From positions 5,394,001 to 5,458,000 of the forward strand of contig NC_081396.1 of assembly GCF_030684315.1 (NCBI RefSeq): a stretch of DNA of 64,000 nucleotides, in the 5' to 3' direction. The translations under genes were made by a program, and so were the position numbers. Shown in pieces: positions 1 to 10,844 of this stretch (position 1 is its first letter; each line of letters begins with the position of its first letter). Source of the stretch: Stegostoma tigrinum (Eukaryota). The notes beneath the pieces are model-generated. The model had not been told where the DNA came from, did not search any database, and saw only the letters and a program-made list of their open reading frames with translations.

Positions 1-29
1 ATGATTTCTCAACACTTTGACATCCCATT

Positions 30-68
30 GGTTCTTGTTCAGGGGAAGCTGAGAGGAGCACTACTGTG
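30..68 (+). promoter_or_regulatory. Recombination signal sequence (23-bp spacer) 5' of J segment
   Basis: Nonamer GGTTCTTGT (30-38), 23-nt spacer (39-61), heptamer TACTGTG (62-68). Confidence 0.9.
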
Positions 69-118
69 ATATTATGACTATGTAGATGGATCCGGAACGG
101 TGGTGACTGTCACAGCTG
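69..118 (+). CDS. NAR-TCR (IgNAR-like) joining segment, YYDYVDGSGTVVTVTA
   Basis: Follows a 23-RSS; xGxGTxVTV FR4 motif with Asp in place of Phe/Trp (as in VNAR-type FR4); phase-1 donor G|GTAAGT at 118/119; splices in frame to the leaderless V at 2892. Confidence 0.88.
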
Positions 119-1933
119 GTAAGTGAATCTTCACTCCACCTTGTTATAAACTGTGTCAGTTAATGTTCAGTTTATTATTATGACCCTCACTTACAAAGCA
201 ACTGAAACAGAACTTTTGGAAGTAATCCACTCTATGATAGTGTCCAAATAGTTTGCAGAATAAGGGAGTCGAGTCCTGGTTTTTCCCGAAGAAAGTATAT
301 GTAATGCCGGGCTCAGGGTCGGCAGTGGCAATGTACCTGGGGCATTCTTTACCGGTCAGTAGTGTGATCCCATCAATATGGTGGAGAGTGCTGACACTAG
401 GAATATGAATGACACTAGGTAATTCCAGACTTTACCTGTGACTGAGGGCCACTTAGGTCACGGGAAAAGGCACACAAAGTTCTGGACCAAGCAAATCTTG
501 AAGTCTGGATGAGGTCCATGAATTGAAAAGTTACAAAAAGAAATGTCTCACCGGAAATTTGGAAGCATCATTAATCGAAAGTCAGACGTAACAGATCCGT
601 TTGCATGCCTTGATGAAGTTGCCTTTTAGGGGAACTGGTGATAAGAATGATTGGCTTGACATTTCTTTGCACAACGTTCATATATGTCTTAATATAACAA
701 ACTATTTTCATACTTTTCCAACCTCAGAACTAAACGTGCAATTGTAAGCATTCTTTCAAAAAAAGTAGATGCTTTGAAATATCAATTTGTTGTAATGTAA
801 CTTCTCACTGGAAACGATGCAAACTGGGAGAATGTCCATTTATAACCGGCAAGACGTAATAAATCAAAAGGGAGAGGAATATGTGACAATTTCTGGGGCA
901 TTGTCGAAGAGACAATCCTCACCACTGTGAGCTTTCTGTAGAGAAACAAATGGTGGGTAAACGTTTCCTCTCCAATCGATTTATTTTGGAATAAGTGCAG
1001 CTATGATTCATCAGGCAATCTCCTGAGATAAAGTTGCTGTCCTTTGTGAAGCAGTTGTGAAGTCTAACGTACATCACGTAGAGCTTAAAAGGAAAAGTGA
1101 TCTAATTTGAACGTATACAATTATTAAAGGATAAGCATTTGGGGCAATATACTCTGAGCTAAAACGTCTGTACAATGGTCACAATTTGAGATTAAGGCTT
1201 AGGACCTGGTACTGCAATGAGAAGAGATATTTCAGCCAAACCATTGTTTTGAATCTGTGGCATTCTGGACCTCAGAAAGCGGTGGGTGCTCAAAAGTTGG
1301 CTGTTTTGCCGGACAAACAGAGAAGCACCAAGTGACCTCATAGAAATCCCATGTACTGTGCTCCAGTGACTGGGATGGATGAGACTGATCCACGAGAAAA
1401 GGGCAATTAAAATATCACGTTCACTAACGAAACAAATCAACTCAAGAACTTGAAAAAGTGAACAATAAACGGTGGTGGAATGTGGAATTTGCCACAAAAC
1501 AGAATAATTTTGGTGCAATGCATTCAGTCATTTAAAGAGTCTTCAGAAAACTGCAAAATGCATCTACTCAACGCACTGAATAGATAACGTTAATTAGATT
1601 TCGGTGAGAGTGGACGTTGAGGTATATACACAGTCATAAATCGGTTGGATAGAATGAACTATCCTTACCTTCAACTTCACTAGAAAACTGTAAAAATCTC
1701 CATCCAGAATACCCAGAAGGCAATAAATCGATGCAAGGAATTGTAAGTGAGAGAGAGCTGGAAGTTGATTCCCAATAAGCAACAAAAAAAACAGACAATT
1801 AGTGCAGACTGATCCTAAGACTCATCCGGGATAGGTATCTACGATCGCCAGAAAAGCAAAGTGGCAAAAAAAGCAAAAATAAATAATACTAAATCAAAAA
1901 AATTACCTTCAGAAGAAACCATAAAACAATTGG

Positions 1934-2240
1934 AGATAACAAGGTGTAGATCTGGATGAACACAATAGGCCAAGCAGCATCAGAGGAGCAGGAAGGCTGA
2001 TGCTTCATGCCTCGATCCTTCGTCAAAAAAGAACCTCAGGCCTACATGTGCAATTGTGAACACTTTTTTTAAAAAATGTTGGCGTTTTGATATATCAATT
2101 TTTTGTAATGTAAATTGAAGAAGGGTCTAGGATTGAAACTTCAGCCTTCCCGCTCCTCTTATGCTGCTTGGCCTGCTGTGTTCATCCAGCTCCATACCTT
2201 GTTATCTCAGATTCTCCAGCATTTGCAGTTTCTACTATCC
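1934..2240. mobile_element. Penelope-terminus-derived inverted-repeat (hairpin) element
   Basis: Arms at about 1934-2025 and 2115-2210 are reverse complements (GAGATAACAAGG...CTGGATGAACAC / GTGTTCATCCAG...CCTTGTTATCTC) and match the 3' end of the Penelope copy at 5810-5900. Confidence 0.7.
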
Positions 2241-2891
2241 ATAAAACAAATGGATCTGATTCAAAAACAAACAAAGCAAACAAGTTGGTCTAAAACTAAT
2301 CGAATTTCATGGACAAAGGAAAATTCTAGAAAACGATTGACCTAACTGGTTCTGATCAATTACTTCGTTCATATTGGATCTTAGTGTGCATTTAGGTACA
2401 TCTCTGTCGGGTTAACTTTGGACAGCGGTTTTCATAAAGAGTCTCAACTAGTATGAGAAGTTCCCTCGGTTCGTGTTTGACTGCAGTAAATAGAACAAGA
2501 AACATAACATACATCACAGAATCATATAGGGTAGCATTCAGCAGTCGTGTGGTTACAGTTCTTTTTACAGTTCATTTCAGTTCATCCTACTGTATTTGTT
2601 ATCCCCCCATAGCCCTGCGTTTTCTGCCTGTTCAACTGTTGTCCACTACCCATTTTACTGTTCAATCAGGCCAAAAGCACTCGTATTGGCAGTTCATTCC
2701 ATATCATACGAAGACAACTTAGAAAAGAAAAATGTCACCTTGTTTCTTCAGCAGTTTATGTTTCGATCGAAGAGAACAGGTTCAAATGGGCTATCGACAA
2801 AGTTAACTGTGACAGAAATCAGAACGATTCTTTGGTTATTTACAATTTTCCTGTGGCTGAATAATTAATAATGCGCAATGTCATCCCGCAG

Positions 2892-3201
2892 ATTCCAGTT
2901 CGCTGGTATCCCAGAGTGTCCCTGTCCAAACTTCTGCTGCTGGTGACACCGTTACTCTAAGCTGCACATATTCAGGATTCTGTCAGTACACACTTTATTG
3001 GTACAGTCAAACCCCAGGACAGGGTCTGAAATACCTCCTTCAAAGAGATACTGCAGGAGAGAAGAATAAAGAAAATGCTTCGAGGGGACGGATGTCTGCA
3101 TCTATTGATCCTGAGGCGACAATCAGTCGGTTAACGATCTCTCAAACTCAACACGCTGATTCTGCTGTTTATTACTGCGCAAGGATTCGGCGCTCGACAC
3201 A
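2892..3201 (+). CDS. NAR-TCR supporting TCR delta V segment (leaderless V exon)
   Basis: Acceptor CCCGCAG at 2885-2891; open frame (D)SSSLVSQSVPVQTSAAGDTVTLSCTYSGFCQYTLYWYSQTPGQGLKYLLQRDTAGEKNKENASRGRMSASIDPEATISRLTISQTQHADSAVYYCARIRRST with C23, W41, YYC104 and an extra CDR1 Cys; no leader exon found between J and V; followed by a 23-RSS. Confidence 0.92.
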
Positions 3202-3240
3202 CACAGAGATAGAGAGCATGGAGGGAACTGTACAAAAACC
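3202..3240 (+). promoter_or_regulatory. V-proximal 23-RSS
   Basis: CACAGAG (3202-3208), 23 nt, ACAAAAACC (3232-3240). Confidence 0.93.
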
Positions 3241-3540
3241 TGAACATGCTGAGGATTACCAATGCAGTGATACAGAACTGGCAGAGGGCAGTATAAAAAT
3301 TTGATTATGGTGGGATTGCAGACACACAGTGGTACAGACCACAAAGTGCGCTGTACAAGAACCAGAACATGTTGGGAATTACCAATGCAGTGATACAAAA
3401 CTGGCAGAGTGCAATATAAAAAATTGCTTATGGTTGGATTGCAGACAGACAGTGGTACAGGTCAAGGATAGAGCTGTACAAGACCTGAACATGGTGGGGA
3501 TTACAGGCAGAGTGACACAGAAGAATCTGTATAAATCCAT
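3202..3540 (+). repeat. Tandem array of RSS-containing 61/62-bp units (123-bp higher-order repeat)
   Basis: Heptamers at 3202 CACAGAG, 3263 TGCAGTG, 3325 CACAGTG, 3386 TGCAGTG, 3448 GACAGTG and 3508 CAGAGTG. The first five each have exactly 23 nt before a nonamer (ACAAAAACC, ATAAAAATT, ACAAGAACC, ATAAAAAAT, ACAAGACCT). Confidence 0.92.
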
Positions 3541-5325
3541 ATTTGCAGAGGTTTGTCGAGCTCGACTTTGAGGCCAGGCTGAGTGGATTGCCGGTCCGGA
3601 CTGTTCAGGATCGTTTGTCACCAAACTCTCCGTGAGTAAATGGCAACTACTGTTTAGCAATCCACTGTCTGTCGGGTAAATGCCTTATTCATAGGAAGAA
3701 TTCTGGGTTTGTTGTAAATTAGCATGTGATATATGTTGCTACAACTTTACACATTATTAATGTAAGTCAATCAGTAAAGCTGGCGTGTTACATTTTACAC
3801 AAGAGTTGCGCTGTATGAGCACATTCATCAATAATATTTGTATTTTAATTGGACAAGTATTGGAACAGGCTATCTGTGTTGCACTATTGAGAAACAGCAA
3901 GGGCCTGGGGACTGATTGGTTTCCACTTTTATGGGTATGGGGCGGATGCATAGTTGAATAATATTACTCTGAGTTGTATGATTTTATGATTTTAAATTTC
4001 ACTTCCTATTTGTTTAAGAAAGAAAATTCAAGTAAGCATTCCCACATCAGTGAGACATTTAATTTCCAGAATCATGTTTCCAGGAATGACCCAGTTGCAT
4101 TTTATCACTGTTCCCAGAAAGATCTATCTAAAAGCATAGATTCATTAAATTGAACACCGAAGATCAGAAACAGACACTTCTGACAGAATGAGACTTTAGG
4201 AAACGTTCTTTTCGTGTTTCAGTTCAATTTTCTCTCTATTTTCAGCCATTAGCGGGCTCAACATCATTGGCTTCAAATCGATTGGAATTCCACAGTTCAT
4301 TTCATCGTATTTCTACAATTACTATATTCTGTTTGTGGTTTGTGCCACCGTGGGAGCTTCTCCCAAAGTTGTCAGTTGATTTCAGTTTGTGCAGGCTCCA
4401 CTGTGGTTTTACTGTTACTCACTGAGAACTGCCTTCTCAGCGTCTCTGACAGCTGAAATTCCCTCCAATCCATTATTCGATTCTCTCCCATGTTCCATGG
4501 CCCTAGCTTTCTCTGAACTTCATATTACGCATTAGTTCCGAAGAGGCACAGGATATTTGCCAAATTTGACAGCACTTATGTTTATACATCACATGAGTCT
4601 CTCTCTGCACTACGTATAGTGATATTTCAACAGTTGGAGACATGTACCCATTTATTCCCTTCTCCATACAGTATTATCTCTGTTCCACCCTCTCTGAATC
4701 TCAGTTGTTGTATTCTGTTCTAATGTCTCTTTGTATGAGTACTTTTTTCTGAACATCTCTTCATGTTCTTTCAGTGACTTTTGGTATTGAGAGCTCTATG
4801 CCATGCAGTCATGCAGAACAACGATTTTCAGAATTTGCTTCGCTTAATCCATGCATCATATATTAAAAAAAAATCAGTCACCTCCTGGTTCTGTGCCTTC
4901 CTAAGAAGAGAGATCCAACCGTTTCAAATTCTTTAGAAAGATCTAAATTGCTGAGGCACTTTTTTGCACTCTGAGAATGAACCGCCCTAACTTAAAGATT
5001 AGAAATACGGAGGTACATTACAACCTCGAATTGGCTCTGCCATTTCATTTAATAGTGGTTGAACTTCTCGAGGCTAACATAATGTCCCCACTTGCCTGGA
5101 TGAGTTAAACTCTAGTGAGACCCAAGGCATTCGAAGTCATTTTGTTCAAAAATACAGCTACTTTGGCTCTCACTGCACACTTTATATCAGACACGCAATA
5201 ATAGGAATATGCACAATCTACATGATGCACTGCAAAATGGAGAACATTTGAACATGATGAATTTCACATAGTATATGAATCGATCTTGATACTTGTCGGG
5301 ACAAACGCAAATTATTTGAATTTGA

Positions 5326-5902
5326 ATGTCCATCATGGGCCTCCTGCACTGCCACAATGATGCCACCCGAAGGTTGCAGGAACAGCAACTCATATTCCGC
5401 CTGGGAACCCTGCAGCCATATGGTATCAATGTGGACTTCACCAGTTTCAAAATCTCCCCTTCCCCCACTGCATCCCTCAACCAGCCCAGTTCATCCCCTC
5501 CCCCCACTGCACCACACAACCAGCCCAGCTCTTCCCCTCTACCCACTGCATCCCAAAACCAGTCCAACCTGTCTCTGCCTCCCTAACCGGTTCTTCCTCT
5601 CACCCATCCCTTCCTCCCACCCCAAGCCGCACCCCCAGCTACCTACTAACCTCATCCCACCTCCTTGACCTGTCCGTCTTCCCTGGACTGACCTATCCCC
5701 TCCCTACCTCCCCACCTACACCCTCTCCACCTATCTTCTTTACTCTCCATCTTCGGTCCGCCTCCCCCTCTCTCCCTATTTATTCCAGTTCCCTCCCCCC
5801 ATCCCCCTCTCTGATGAAGGGTCTAGGCCCGAAACGTCAGCTTTTGTGCTCCTGAGATGCTGCTTGGCCTGCTGTGTTCATCCAGCCTCACATTTTATTA
5901 TT
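5326..5902 (+). mobile_element. Penelope-like retroelement 3' fragment (GIY-YIG tail, C-rich UTR, terminal repeat)
   Basis: ORF MSIMGLLHCHNDATRRLQEQQLIFRLGTLQPYGINVDF resembles the Penelope GIY-YIG C-terminus; near-identical peptide on the minus strand at 23.8-24.0 kb; ends in the hammerhead-bearing terminal repeat. Confidence 0.8.
5811..5840 (+). ncRNA. Minimal hammerhead-ribozyme core in Penelope terminal repeat
   Basis: CTGATGA-A-GGGTCTAGGCCC (stem II)-GAAA-CGTC; same motif at 10751, 29629 and on the minus strand at about 10710-10739 and 25375-25404. Confidence 0.6.
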
Positions 5903-8749
5903 TGAATTATACATGTGGCTGTTTCTTAGTTAATGAGTTACCAGTCCTCATTTTTATTTGGCTAATGCCTAGCACGTTAATGTGTTTTCACGTCTGTGCC
6001 TTCGTTAATATTTTCCTTTGTACTAAATACTGTAGTACAAACTCTATCTCTTTTGTGGTTACAATTCCTTATTGGAATTAATCTTAATGCCAGGGTTAGA
6101 ATGTTGAATGGATACAAACTGTAGTTGTACTCTATCTTACTTATTATACATTTCAGTTTTCTCTGTCCCTCTTACTGTCACCAGGCCATGACTATTATTG
6201 TACTAGTCCATGCCTCCTTGATAAATAGACTGAACACGCATTTAATAATAGTACACGACTTTATTAATCAAATCTGATCAAATTACTGCATCAGTTTCTA
6301 TCTCTGTTCGGTTGCATCTCATGGCGTTTAGCATTTCTCACTCAAAATGTCTATCTATTTATTTCTGTGAGACTGGAATCTGCATCAATTACTGCTGTAG
6401 CAGATGTATCATTGTTTATACTTCACGTCATTTCACCATTTCTTATTTTATTCATATTACGCTCCACCCTGTCTTTGTTTACAATAGGCTGCACCATGTC
6501 TCTGCTTGTATTAAGCTGGGCTCCATCTTATTTGTTCTTTGTCGAGACCGTGTCGGTGGCATTTTACAATTACATGTTATTTATTGGTTTCAACCATGCC
6601 TGGGTTCATAATGCACATTGAGCTGTATTAATTGTTACGGAAATATTATATGTCTCTTTTAATGTTTCACATCGTCTGTCTCTGAGAACACTGTAGTCGG
6701 CTAAGTCTTATTTGCTACCATACTAAAATATGAACTTTTCTGCATTACATTAAACAAGTCTTAGTTGCTGATGCACTTGTGACAATATACTTTTTAATGC
6801 CATCTTCAAATTACTCATTAACCTGACGTTTCTCTAGCTATATCAAACATTGGCATTGGTCAATTGTTCCTGCAACAGAAACTCTGAACAGAAAATTCAG
6901 CAATTGATTCTTGCGCTTGTGATTAATCTGATTCGATGAAGGATTTTTTCAGACTCAACGAGATTAAAAGTTCATTTCATAGCCCCCACCATATTAATCG
7001 ACCATATTTGAAAACTATGCTTTCCAATTGACAGCTGTAAATTTACGGAAATGTCCAAGCAACGTTAAAATATTAATTATGAGATCACATAAGAAGTAAT
7101 GGAAAATCTGAAGTAAGGTAACGCTTGAAATCAAAATTAAACATGCAGATGGCAGAACTGACAAATGGAAAATAAAGTTTTGAAACAGGGACTCAGCTCA
7201 GTGTCTACGAACAGCGGATCCACTTCAAAAAGACTCAACACCATTTTACGTGCAGTTGGATGAGCCAAAGAAATTAAAATGAAGCAGTTCCAAAAGTGAA
7301 ATATAATCATTCATCTTGTTGAAAAACGTGATAAAGTGAGTTAATCACTTTGTCTATCGAGCTGTAAGTTCTATGTTGTAATGCAATTGTTCCTCTCAAG
7401 CATATCACGCAGAATAAACGAGGGCCCTTTTAAATGTGTTGCAAAATCAAACTTACACAGTGACAAAAAGTCCTACATTTTCTGAACAAAGATGCTGGAG
7501 CCAGTCATTGCTCTCCCCCGCCCCACCTTTTTTTAATCATTGCTGTTCAATTATCACTGGTATTACAGCTCCTGGTAAGCCGTTGATGCTCAAGAAATTC
7601 ACTTTCATATTCATGATTTACCAGAAATGGTAACTTCTCAAGCATCTTCTAGGAAAGCAAATATATTGCATCTTATAGACAGCTGTTTTAGATATCCTGC
7701 TTGTTCACTCCCTAAAGAATCCAACAAAATTTGTGAGACAGCTTTTTCCCTTAATCTAGGTCTGTCGACTCTGCTTGATTAGGTTGTACATTCCTGAATA
7801 TTCTGCTTTTAAATTCATCATCATGTACTCTGGCATTCTTGTATATGCAAATCTGAAGAAATTTAGTCAATGATTTTTTTTTGTTCTCTCCCCTTTTGGA
7901 ATGAAGATTTTGAAATATAATGCAAAAAATGAGGAACAAACAACGTCAGATGCAGTTACAGCAGGCCGGAGAGATGGGCCCACATACAGCTACTTCGGGA
8001 GAAGCAAAGATCAGAATGAATTTAACGTCCAATGAGAAACGTTAATGTAAAGCGAATTGAACAAAAGCGTTTTTTTAACTGTATGGGACACTAGATATCC
8101 CATGGGGGTTTGTTCTATCTGTTTTTTTTATCTGCTCTGCTAGTAGCAAAAGGACAACATGTCAACATGAAAATGTTAAATAGCTTCAGAACTTTTTAAA
8201 AAGCTGTTTCTTCCACTTTGCGAATATCTTAAAAGACTTTTCATTTCACTTTTTCATAACTTGACGTGCTTCAGAGTTTCCAATTTCTGAAAATCCTGCT
8301 TTTTTATCCAGGGGTGACAATAAAGACTGCACATTGGGCCTGTGTATGGGTTGATGCTACTGTGAATTTAAATTGTTCTCTGATCGAATTGCTCGTGACT
8401 TTCAACCCTCACTAGTGCAGTTGCAAAGATATGCCATCAGAGGTTGGCACTGTGTAACATGAATGATAAGGCGAAGGGATCAGGACAAGAGACAGTGGCC
8501 TTCATTAATTCATTATCATGCCTTCAGACCACATATCTCCCACTGCAGCTTCCACCATTTTTTTTTTCTGGACAGAATTTACATCATTTAACGTATTCTA
8601 CAGAAGAACAGTTCTGATCTTGAACTTGTATCTAACTGAACACTGAGACAGACTAACAACACGATATGCAGAAACATACACACAGAGCACCATACTCAGA
8701 AAGACACGAAAACATATATGGACAGGAAAATAGTCATACAAATACAAAC

Positions 8750-8852
8750 GTGCGCACACACAAACACACACACACACACACGCACGTGCACACACACACA
8801 CACACGCACACACACACACACTCACACGCATGTGCGCACATTCATACACACA
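8750..8852. repeat. Imperfect (CA)n microsatellite
   Basis: CACACACA... tract with CG/TG interruptions. Confidence 0.95.
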
Positions 8853-10604
8853 AATATGTGCACAATAACAGGAGAATGCACAACTACACTATCGATGGTC
8901 TGGAAGTAACAACTGCCCATTGGGTGGTTAAGAGTCCAACGCATTGTTCTAGTCTGGAGTCACATGTAGGTCAGGCCAGGCAAGGAACGTAGATTTGTTC
9001 CCAAACCGACATTAGTGAACCAAATGGGTTTGCCCAAAAATACGCAATGGATTAGTAGTCATATTTTGACTCCTAATTCGAGATATTTATTAAATTCAAA
9101 TTAGATTCGAACCTGGCTCCCCAGAACATTATCTGAGTCACTAGGTTAACATCCAGCGATAATATCATTATGCCATCGCCTGTCCCTTAATTAGTGCATA
9201 TTGTCTTTGGAAAAGGACACTTGAGAAGATGTATTTCGTAGCATTCCTTTGCTGTGCATGGCAGTTTGTGATAGAAGAGTGTAGATAGATATTTTCTCAC
9301 TGCCAAACCTGTCTTGTTGCTATTTGATACTCTCCAGCTTTGTTAATGTTCTGTCTTGCAAGAAGGAACATTTATGAGGAATACAAATATTTGATTGGAA
9401 CTATAAAACTTTAGTACAAGTATTCTATTCCCACTTGTGAAAAGATTTGCATACATGCCTCCAACCACAGATGTCATCCCAGATGGGTGAAGCCTTATTT
9501 CAAATTGTCCAGCTTTAAATGGAATCGAGTGCTAAGATGGCACCACTATAGAATGAAAATATTCCACGAATCTGAGAACGAATGAGACAAAACAGTTGGG
9601 ATAATCGTAGTGAAGGACTGAGATGTCCTTAAAATTAGTCATGGGACCTCAGCTCATATTTTGCCATTGGGACTCCATTTGATGCAGACATCAAAACACG
9701 TGGAAGTGGGTTTCAGAATGTATAAGTAGAACCTCTCATGTAAAGTGCGTGTAATTGTGCATCTTTTGACGTTGCAAATAGAAAGCATGAAACCATGACT
9801 TTTTTTTCTGTTTGTTCACTGAACTGAAACTAAGGTACATGTTCGAAATTAATCGACCCTTTCGAGACCCTGACATGGAATAAATGAGAGGGCTTTTCTT
9901 ACTTCCGTTACATAGTTGAAGCGAAGCATTCCGAGATTTCATCATAACAATTAATGCATGGTCCAGCAAAATGGCCCATTGTATGCCATTTATTATTCAA
10001 CAGTTTTGTTATAGGCGTCCCTAGTAAGTCGCAGATTCCAAAAATAGTTGTTTTTAAATACACCAAAGTCTTTTCCTTTCCATGTCAGGACTGTGTTGTT
10101 TTTTTTTTGATGTTCCCAGCTGATGGGAAGTCAACTGATGTTCCCATATACATACATATAGTTCCCCTATTACGTGATAATTGTGTTCTTGTGTAATCTC
10201 GTGTCATAGAGAAATTCGTAATAGAATATCACCATAGATAATCGCTTTGTGGGGAGATCACTATAGAAAATCTCTAGACCTGCAAAGCAGAAAATATGTG
10301 TTAACCAAACCGAGTACATTATTCATCGATCACGTTAGAGTTAATCTGTATGAATGAAACACGTGTTATAACAGAAATACCTGAACGTAAAATTTATTGT
10401 TGTACTGAATTACATCCATATGCAATATGTAGCTGGATTATATTCAGTCTATTATACTGAGAATTTACAGAACACTTATATATTAGATTATTAAGACAGG
10501 AATTGTATTGTATGCTTCTGCCTGAACATTAATCAGCTAAATTGCTCAAAATTAAATTCTATTGCAACACTTTAAAATACAATGTAGCATTTTTGTTGTT
10601 ATAT

Positions 10605-10844
10605 GGAGATCAGAGGTAATGGGAACTGCAGATGCTGGAGAATCCAAGGTAACAAAGTGTGTAGCTGGATGAACATAGCAGGCCAAGCAGCATCTCAGGA
10701 GCACAAAAGCTGACGTTTCGGGCCTAGACCCTTCATCAGAGCGAGCCTCTCTGATGAAGAGTCTCGGCCCGAAACGTCAGCTTTTGTGCTCCTGAGATGC
10801 TGCTTGACCTGCTATGTTCATCCAGCTATGCACTTTGTTATCTT
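10605..10844. mobile_element. Near-perfect hairpin element made of two inverted Penelope termini
   Basis: Arms of about 97 nt (10645-10741 and 10748-10844) are reverse complements with a loop of about 6 nt; each arm carries the CTGATGA...GAAACGTC core. Confidence 0.85.

Noticed and set aside
3202-3540. CRISPR-like repeat-spacer array
   Set aside because: Vertebrate locus; whole units are homologous (diverged tandem duplicates of an RSS), there are no unique spacers and no cas genes.
7456-7494. CACAGTG + 23 nt + ACAAAGATG orphan RSS
   Set aside because: Weak nonamer, no V, D or J coding segment attached, and it overlaps the start of a GPCR pseudo-exon; most likely a chance cryptic site.
8598-8992. 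His/Thr- or Cys/Val-rich ORFs
   Set aside because: Translations of the (CA)n microsatellite.
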